Shown: one piece after another, positions 57,656 to 64,000 of the stretch | Position numbering within the stretch: the first letter of the stretch is position 1 | Layout of the letters: every line of letters begins with the position of its first letter | NCBI GenBank assembly: GCA_963666985.2 | Contig: CAXXIA010000001.1 | Location: 1,280,001 to 1,344,000 of the forward strand | Length of the DNA stretch: 64,000 bases | Origin: Spirochaetia bacterium | GTDB lineage: Bacteria > Spirochaetota > Spirochaetia > DSM-2461 | Direction: 5' to 3' | Translations under genes and position numbers: made by a program | Notes under the pieces: model-generated | Databases searched by the model: none | Seen by the model: only the letters and a program-made list of their open reading frames with translations | What the model was told of the DNA's origin: nothing

Positions 57656-59995
57656 CTACCTTACAACCCGATTCCGACGGGCTTCCTGTTCTCTTCGAAC
57701 ACTGAGATCGAGTAATTGACTGACATCAATAATAAGGGATACGGTTCCGTCTCCGAGAATCGTGGCCCCGGCGATGCCGGGAGAATTGGTGTAGCGGTCT
57801 TTGAGAGGTTTAATCACCACATCTTCTTCGCCGATGAGCGAATCCACCATTAATCCCATTTTCTTATCTCCGCTGCCGACAATGACGACGAAGGTGTACT
57901 CCGAACTCTGTTCGGATTCAATTCTGAACAGCTTTCCAAGCCGAAGGAGACTGATAACGTCTTCTCTGACGTTGAAAACCTCGTAATTATCAAGAATATT
58001 GATTTCCTCGGGCTTTATGCGGTGACTTTCAACAACGCTGGTAATGGGAATGGCGTATATTTCCGTTCCGACACGAACCAGGAGTCCCTGAATAATCGCC
58101 AGAGTCAGCGGAAGTTTAATCGTAAAGCGCGTTCCCTCTCCCAGTTTGGACCAGACGGTTACGCTTCCGTTGAGTTTTTCGATCTGCTTTCTGACAACAT
58201 CCAATCCGACACCGCGGCCGGAAATATTCGTTACCTGCTGCGCGGTTGAGAAGCCGGGCTCAAAAATCAGGTTGAACGCTTCGATGTCCGATAACGCTTT
58301 ATTCGGATGGATAATTCCTTTATCAATGGCCTTTTTTCGAACCGTATCAACGTCGATGCCCGCTCCGTCGTCGGCAATCTCGATAACGATCATGTTGCCT
58401 TCATTGGAAGCTTTCAGAAGAAGACGCCCATGAGCGGGTTTCCCGGCCTTGCGCCTTACTTCAGACGATTCAATTCCGTGATCCAGCGAATTCCGAACAC
58501 AATGCATCAAAGGATCAAGCAGCTCTTCGGTAACCGACTTATCCAGTTCGGTATCCTCTCCTTCGATGATCAAATCCAGCTGCTTATCAAGACTCTTCGA
58601 GAGATCCCGTACCAGACGCGGGAATCGGCTGAAAATCTGACTGATCGGAACCATCCTGATTCTCAAGATGGCCTCGTGAAGGTCGCTTGTATTCCGTCCG
58701 AGATTCGCGGATGTGTTCCTAAAAGCGCCGACGGTATTCTTCAATCGGGATTCGAAAACATCAAAAGCGCCGTAAAGAGAGCCGTATTTCTCATTTATTT
58801 CGGACTTTATCTCTTTTACGGGCCTGCCGTCCTTAAGCTCTCCCAGCCATTCCGGCACCGAATCGAACAGAGCTTTCAAGCCTTCTTTATAGATGGACTC
58901 GGCTCCCGAGAGTTCGGTCAAGATTTCATTGAACTGAATACTGATCTGGTTGAATGTGGCTTTATTAATAACCGATTCACTGACGAGATTCAGCAGATTG
59001 TCGATGCGCTGACTGTCCACCCTCAGAATGGATCCGCCCTGGGCATCCCGCTTCATTGCCGGTTTCGGGGCTTTCGTAATTTTTTCTTCGGAAGCCGGCT
59101 CCTCTTTCACGGTCTCTTCAGCCTGAACCGGTTTTGAAGCGACTTCCGGTTCCTGCTTTTCTTCCGCCGCGGGTTCTTCATCGATTCCGCCGACGTCGAC
59201 ATGCGTTGTTACATCCTCGACCATCGCCGCCGATTCGAGCTCCCCTCGGTCTTCTTTCGTGGAAATATAGTAATCAACAATCGGATGAAACGTATCCTCG
59301 TATAAAGCATCGAAATCGGGAACGGTTTTCAAGATTTGACCATATGTCTTCATTTTCGCGAAAACCTGGATTCCCCCGACGCTGTTCATGGGATTCGATT
59401 CGTCGAAAAACACTCTGATTCGGAGCACCGATTCGCCCTCGGCGGCGGCCTCCTTCAATTCAAGCTTTTCATATTCGGTCAGTGCCGGAGCTTTTACGGC
59501 GTGTTTCTTCTTTTCAGGCTTGGCAACCTCGTTCATGGGCTTTGCATCGGGTTCCGTGGTGGGCTTGGCCGGAGCTTTTCCCTTTCCGCCCGAGTCTTTC
59601 TTGGCAATCATCATTTCGAGATTGGCTTTAACTCCCGAGTAATCTTCTTCATAAACGCTTCCCTCGGTTCGGGCGGCCAGCATGGCCTTAATAACATCAA
59701 TTGAAGAAAGGAGTGTATCGACATTTTCCTCGGCGACTTTGACGTTCCCGCTCCGTATTTCATCCAGAAGATCTTCCATGAGATGCGTGAAAGAAGAAAG
59801 CTCTTCCATCTGAACCGTAGCCGACCCGCCTTTAAGCGTATGGGCCGCTCTAAAGATCTCATCAATCGCGTCATGATCTGTGGGATCGTCCTCAAGGGCC
59901 AGGATATTCTGCTCCATCACCTCGACTTGCATCTGAGCTTCGGAGAAAAAATCCTTCAGTAGTTCTTCATTGTTCGGATCCAAATAATCGCTCAT
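57656..59995 (-). CDS. cheA: Chemotaxis histidine kinase
   Basis: FRAAHTLKG, RNSLDHG, DDGAGID, GFST, SGRGVGLDVV, C-terminal CheW domain. Confidence 0.98.
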   Translation of the reverse strand: MSDYLDPNNEELLKDFFSEAQMQVEVMEQNILALEDDPTDHDAIDEIFRAAHTLKGGSATVQMEELSSFTHLMEDLLDEIRSGNVKVAEENVDTLLSSIDVIKAMLAARTEGSVYEEDYSGVKANLEMMIAKKDSGGKGKAPAKPTTEPDAKPMNEVAKPEKKKHAVKAPALTEYEKLELKEAAAEGESVLRIRVFFDESNPMNSVGGIQVFAKMKTYGQILKTVPDFDALYEDTFHPIVDYYISTKEDRGELESAAMVEDVTTHVDVGGIDEEPAAEEKQEPEVASKPVQAEETVKEEPASEEKITKAPKPAMKRDAQGGSILRVDSQRIDNLLNLVSESVINKATFNQISIQFNEILTELSGAESIYKEGLKALFDSVPEWLGELKDGRPVKEIKSEINEKYGSLYGAFDVFESRLKNTVGAFRNTSANLGRNTSDLHEAILRIRMVPISQIFSRFPRLVRDLSKSLDKQLDLIIEGEDTELDKSVTEELLDPLMHCVRNSLDHGIESSEVRRKAGKPAHGRLLLKASNEGNMIVIEIADDGAGIDVDTVRKKAIDKGIIHPNKALSDIEAFNLIFEPGFSTAQQVTNISGRGVGLDVVRKQIEKLNGSVTVWSKLGEGTRFTIKLPLTLAIIQGLLVRVGTEIYAIPITSVVESHRIKPEEINILDNYEVFNVREDVISLLRLGKLFRIESEQSSEYTFVVIVGSGDKKMGLMVDSLIGEEDVVIKPLKDRYTNSPGIAGATILGDGTVSLIIDVSQLLDLSVRREQEARRNRVVR

Positions 59996-60086
59996 ATCGC
60001 TGCCTTGAAAATGAATTCTTCTTTAAATTATAGAGATATGTTCACGTCTATGCACGAATTTCTTGCAGAGAAATTATTCCTGATAG

Positions 60087-60115
60087 AAAAAAAGCCCGGC
60101 TTTGCCGGGCCTTTT
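60087..60115 (-). terminator. Terminator downstream of flaA
   Basis: GCCCGGC-TTT-GCCGGGC flanked by A and T runs. Confidence 0.85.
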
Positions 60116-60136
60116 CGTATCAAGAAAGCCGATTCC

Positions 60137-61192
60137 TTAATTCTCCGCGCCGGAAGTTTCGGGATCTTTGTGCATTTTCTGTTCTTCAAGGTAGCGAAGA
60201 ACCTGCTCATTGCCCAAACGGCGAAGTTCGGCTTCGCGGCGTGCTTTCTCACGAGCGGCCAGGATTCCCCATACCTGCTCATGTTCGATATCCTGCGTAC
60301 CGTCGTCAAGAACGGCTTTGTCGAACTTTACATAGATATCCTTCACGTAGCAGATGAAGTCGCCGCCTTCCTGCATGGCGTCCCGGTAGAACTGAAGGCT
60401 GTCCAGGGTAACGGAAGGAGCGGAACTGGGATAAAGGGGCTCGGCCCTAAGGGTTCGTTTCGCGACATCATAAATATAATTGGGATTCTGCCAGGTCAGG
60501 GTTTTCCAACCGTCGAAATTAAGATAACCCATGGGGATTTCCTGGGTTTGTTCATCATCATCGATAAGAACAACGGCCATTCCCATGGGATAGTTCATCC
60601 CGAAGACCTTAACGCTGACTTCTTTAATGGTTCCGACGTTCTTCAGAACGCCCCAGCCGTTGAACTGATTGCCGATGGCGGCTTTCTGCTCGTCGGTGAG
60701 ATTCTCCATGTCGTTTACGTTAATGGATCCATGAGTGGCATAGGCCGGGATGTCGAACGGAGGTTCAACCCAGGCATAGGAATTGAACGAACCGGTGGGA
60801 TAGTGCACGCGGATACCCAGAACCTGCTTGCCGTGAGGTTCTCTCTTCGCTTCAATGGATTCCGGATTCGCATCGGTTTGCTGGCCGTCGGCCGCTTCGT
60901 TCACAATAACCCTGGCGACTTGGCACAGAGTATCGTTCATAATGGTTCTGGAAGAACTCGAGAGTCTGACTTTCCAATTCTCAAGCCAAAGGGAAGTGTT
61001 CATTTCCGCTTTTTCTTGTTCGTTGTACGTTGTTCCGGCATATGTGCCGAATTCAACGTATGTAGCCTCGTTCTCTCCACCGTATTCATCGGACCTGTCG
61101 ATTACACTAAAATCGATGAGCGGCTTTTCATCCGCGGCTACGGCCATAGCCACGCATAAAATGAGCACCGTCACTACGAATATCTTCTTCAT
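60137..61192 (-). CDS. flaA: Flagellar filament outer layer (sheath) protein
   Basis: Signal peptide, LIDFS, VLGIRVHYP, GVLKNVG, GYLNFDGW..L.W.NPNY; start 61192. Confidence 0.95.
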   Translation of the reverse strand: MKKIFVVTVLILCVAMAVAADEKPLIDFSVIDRSDEYGGENEATYVEFGTYAGTTYNEQEKAEMNTSLWLENWKVRLSSSSRTIMNDTLCQVARVIVNEAADGQQTDANPESIEAKREPHGKQVLGIRVHYPTGSFNSYAWVEPPFDIPAYATHGSINVNDMENLTDEQKAAIGNQFNGWGVLKNVGTIKEVSVKVFGMNYPMGMAVVLIDDDEQTQEIPMGYLNFDGWKTLTWQNPNYIYDVAKRTLRAEPLYPSSAPSVTLDSLQFYRDAMQEGGDFICYVKDIYVKFDKAVLDDGTQDIEHEQVWGILAAREKARREAELRRLGNEQVLRYLEEQKMHKDPETSGAEN

Positions 61193-61238
61193 GGATAGCT
61201 CCTTTGGCAAATTTTGCTTTATTTCTCCTATATGAAAA

Positions 61239-61266
61239 ACTATAGCGGGCCGCTGGAGACTGTCAA
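61239..61266 (-). promoter_or_regulatory. Sigma70 promoter of flaA
   Basis: TTGACA-N16-TATAGT. Confidence 0.75.
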
Positions 61267-61316
61267 CGAATTAAATTTTTTTTTTGCCTCTTTTTCTTCT
61301 ATTTTAAGGTATTCCG

Positions 61317-61817
61317 TCAATTTATGGAGGCTTTTTCCGTAAAGTACGGGGCATGCACCTGACTTCCGTTAATCATGAATACGGCCTCTTCAATACGAGG
61401 AAAATTAAAAAGAATATTATACTTTATGTTTTCGAGCGCTTCTTCGGTCGAAATCGATAATTCCATATCCGATTTCAGCATCCGTTCGTCGAAGTCGATA
61501 TAGACCGTTCTGCCGATAACGGCGACGTTCCTTGTTGAAGTTCCCCTGGGCGCCGTCCGAGAAAGATGCAGATCAACGGGACCTAAAAAAAGTTCTTCCA
61601 AAAACACCGAAATTTTCTCTTCAATATCCCTGCGCCCCGGTATGCCTCGTCTCTCCGATCCCGTGCGGATTCCCGCGTTGTCCGGATAAAAGAAGATCCG
61701 ACCTTCGACATTGGGCCGAAAAACCAAATAGAAAACGAGCGAAAGAAGAAATACAAGCGCCAGTAAAGCCGGCGGCATCAGGGATCCGGTTAAAAAGCTT
61801 CGTAATCGAGATGTCAT
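61317..61817 (-). CDS. GerMN-like domain membrane protein
   Basis: TM, FFYP, LEELFLGP, VYIDF, NFPRIEE.VF.ING; downstream of the amidase. Confidence 0.75.
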   Translation of the reverse strand: MTSRLRSFLTGSLMPPALLALVFLLSLVFYLVFRPNVEGRIFFYPDNAGIRTGSERRGIPGRRDIEEKISVFLEELFLGPVDLHLSRTAPRGTSTRNVAVIGRTVYIDFDERMLKSDMELSISTEEALENIKYNILFNFPRIEEAVFMINGSQVHAPYFTEKASIN

Positions 61818-62956
61818 TTGCGCCGCTCCCGGCCTTCAAAATACGTTACAAAATCCACAACGCCATTATAGAGACCCTCGGCGATGCGGCTCAAGTATTC
61901 GGGATTGCGAAGCCGGCCCGCTTCGGAGACTTGCGTAACGAATCCGACCTCGACAAGAACCGAAGCCATTCGGGTGTTCCGCACGACGAACCAGCTTTCC
62001 TCCCGCCTTCCCCGATTCGGGACATCCGATCCCAAAGTTTTATCAAAACCGGCAAGAATCATATCCGCCAAACGAACGCTCTCGTGCGTGAACTCTTCTT
62101 CCCAAAGGGCGTTGACGATGGGGAGAATATCGTCCGTATCGCTGCCGAGGCTTTCCGCGTCCACGAGCGTTCTTCTGTAATCCTGGGGCAAGTACCAGAC
62201 TTCATATCCTTCGGCCGCCGTATTCAGCGAAGCATTGGCATGAATGGAAATGTACACCATCCCTTCGCGAGGCTTCAATTCAATGCTGTTGGCAAGAGAA
62301 ACCCGATCTTCCAGGGTGGGATAAACGTCGTTTTCGCGTGTCAGCATCACGATTTTATCGGGATAGGTTTTTTTCAGGTTTTCCGCCAGCCTTAAGGCGA
62401 TTTCCAATGCCACATCCTTCTCCACAAGAGGGAAAGGCACACCGTCGATGGGCCAGGTTCTCCCCGCACCGTCGTCTTTTCCGCCGTGCCCGGGATCGAT
62501 AAGGATTGTTGAAAGCCTGTAAGAATCATCCCCGCCGGTTTCGACATTGAAAACCCTCAAAATCGTATCCGCCGCTTCGGAAGAAAAAACAAGACGGCCG
62601 TTTTCTTCCAAAACGGTACCGGTAACGATAAGCTTCTCACCGTTGAGAACCATCCAGGGATCGCCGGGTCTGAAAACCAGCACCGCGCCGTCCCGGCTCA
62701 GCCTGCCGGCGTGTCTCCAGGGATCCCACATGAGAACGGCGCCGGTTTTCTGCAGGATTTTTTCAAGGTCCATCGATTCGGCACCGGCTCTCGGCGGTAC
62801 GGCGGCGCATATCAGGAGAAAGGCAAACAGGAAAAGCGCGGCCTGCTTTCGCGGCCGGCTTCCGTCAGGAGCTTCATGAGAATTTCGAGCGCCGCCGTAC
62901 GCCGCACCCGGTGCCGAAAGATCCTTTTTCAACAGCCCTCTATATCCGCCGTTCAA
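61814..62956 (-). CDS. N-acetylmuramoyl-L-alanine amidase (Amidase_3)
   Basis: IDPGHGGKD, EKD, SIHANA, LVEVGF; start uncertain (TTG 62956 chosen). Confidence 0.93.
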   Translation of the reverse strand: MNGGYRGLLKKDLSAPGAAYGGARNSHEAPDGSRPRKQAALFLFAFLLICAAVPPRAGAESMDLEKILQKTGAVLMWDPWRHAGRLSRDGAVLVFRPGDPWMVLNGEKLIVTGTVLEENGRLVFSSEAADTILRVFNVETGGDDSYRLSTILIDPGHGGKDDGAGRTWPIDGVPFPLVEKDVALEIALRLAENLKKTYPDKIVMLTRENDVYPTLEDRVSLANSIELKPREGMVYISIHANASLNTAAEGYEVWYLPQDYRRTLVDAESLGSDTDDILPIVNALWEEEFTHESVRLADMILAGFDKTLGSDVPNRGRREESWFVVRNTRMASVLVEVGFVTQVSEAGRLRNPEYLSRIAEGLYNGVVDFVTYFEGRERRK

Positions 62957-64000
62957 GATACCACCTTGCTCCGGGAAGTCCGCCGCGAACCAGTGCTTTA
63001 TAGAAATCGGAAAGGACATTCTCGTCGGTCTTTTTTCCGGGTAAGCCGCTCATCAGGATTTGAAGAAGCCCCTCCGAGGCCAAAATCTCCATCGCTTCGG
63101 AAAATTTCAAGCCCGTATAATCCCGCACATCGGAGATGCTTTCGGGAAGCGGGATTTCAGGAAGATCGACCGGGCATCCCCGGGAGGGTTTCGGCGGACG
63201 GCGCTTCCATAACGGCGAAAAAGCATCGCCGACATCAAAAAAATCGGGAGGGAAAGGCCCGAAGCCGTCCAGATAGAGCCCCGTGGCCTCATCGGCCGGA
63301 TCCAATTCCAGCCGGAGTTCCCTCAAAGCCGCCCGAGCGCGTTCGTCGGCCGTTTGCCTGTCGGGGGCGACGGCGATGACGTTCCCGGCCTTCTCGACGT
63401 TGTTCCTGGGGAAAAGGAGTTTATCGCCTGTTTTGTAGCGTAAAAAAACCTCTTTCACTCCGGAAAGACCAAGGGCCTTTTCCGCCCCTTTGAGAACACG
63501 GACGGTTCCGTCGATGCCGATAAGCGCCCGTTCGGCGCAAACGGTCCCTTCGGCGCTCTTCGGAAGATCGGCGGGAAGCCCCGCGGCCAGACGAAGGCCG
63601 CCTCGTGTCGGCTCGACGCCGCTTGCATAGGGCCAAGTCCATCCGGACATGTATCCGCCCGAGAGTCTTCCGGCAATCTCGCCGATCATGGGCCCCGAAG
63701 GGGTCAGCTTGACATCCCCCTTCGCGGCTCCGTGAGTCAATCCCAAAGCCGCGATGCCCTCGGAAAATACGTTCCAAAGTTTTTCGGCTGTCTCGTTATT
63801 CACATTCGACGGGATGGTGTGGCCGATTTCGATAAAATACGGAGGGAAGACGATGTGCCTGTCGGCCAAGCCGCACCGAAGGATGTTCCCGTTCTCAACC
63901 AGAGCGTCCAGACTGAACTCAGGTCCCTCCATGTAACTTTCCAAAAGAGCCCTTCGGGTTCGGGAATAACCGCGCGCCGTATCCAACGCATCCGCAAGAT
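62940..64000 (-). CDS. ATP-grasp domain protein (5'-truncated by the window end)
   Basis: LESYMEGPEFSLD, EIGH..PS, GDVKL, EIAGRLSG. Confidence 0.85.
   Translation of the reverse strand, partial: LADALDTARGYSRTRRALLESYMEGPEFSLDALVENGNILRCGLADRHIVFPPYFIEIGHTIPSNVNNETAEKLWNVFSEGIAALGLTHGAAKGDVKLTPSGPMIGEIAGRLSGGYMSGWTWPYASGVEPTRGGLRLAAGLPADLPKSAEGTVCAERALIGIDGTVRVLKGAEKALGLSGVKEVFLRYKTGDKLLFPRNNVEKAGNVIAVAPDRQTADERARAALRELRLELDPADEATGLYLDGFGPFPPDFFDVGDAFSPLWKRRPPKPSRGCPVDLPEIPLPESISDVRDYTGLKFSEAMEILASEGLLQILMSGLPGKKTDENVLSDFYKALVRGGLPGARWYLERRI

Noticed and set aside
60005..61159. 384-aa plus-strand ORF and other long antisense ORFs (e.g. 30035-30832, 58307-59137, 61532-62395)
   Set aside because: They lie opposite well-supported genes and have no motifs; shadow ORFs

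Overview
64 kb of mostly core chromosome from a spirochaete (probably a free-living Spirochaetales member; inferred from FlaA sheath protein, FlaB, the cheA-cheW(CheR fusion)-cheX-cheY operon and a stand-alone groES). Housekeeping content: trkAH, ppdK, an RpoS-like sigma factor, groES, asd-lysC, thiN, cca, coaD, rpmF-acpP-rnc, ffh-rpsP-khpA-rimM-trmD-rplS, a short smc, an amidase and tRNA-Val(GAC). Mobile DNA: one IS630-family element (17544-18713) next to a 248-bp MITE-like element. The best candidate for an undescribed system is a six-gene, translationally coupled minus-strand operon (44542-52076): unknown protein, calcineurin-like phosphoesterase, transmembrane Ser/Thr kinase, polytopic membrane protein with degenerate FHA, periplasmic vWA-TM-degenerate FHA protein, and an orphan N6-adenine DNA methyltransferase. 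Other points of interest: an Hsp70-SBD-like/TM/OmpA protein, a phosphoesterase-CxxC-DsbD-like fusion, a JAMM-DinG fusion, an unannotated 53-aa FlgM-like ORF, a sigma54 promoter with phased enhancer-like palindromes before the RpoS-like gene, a WYL-regulator operator, CsrA hairpins in the flaB leader and several apparently leaderless genes. All calls come from reading motifs by eye; no database searches were run.
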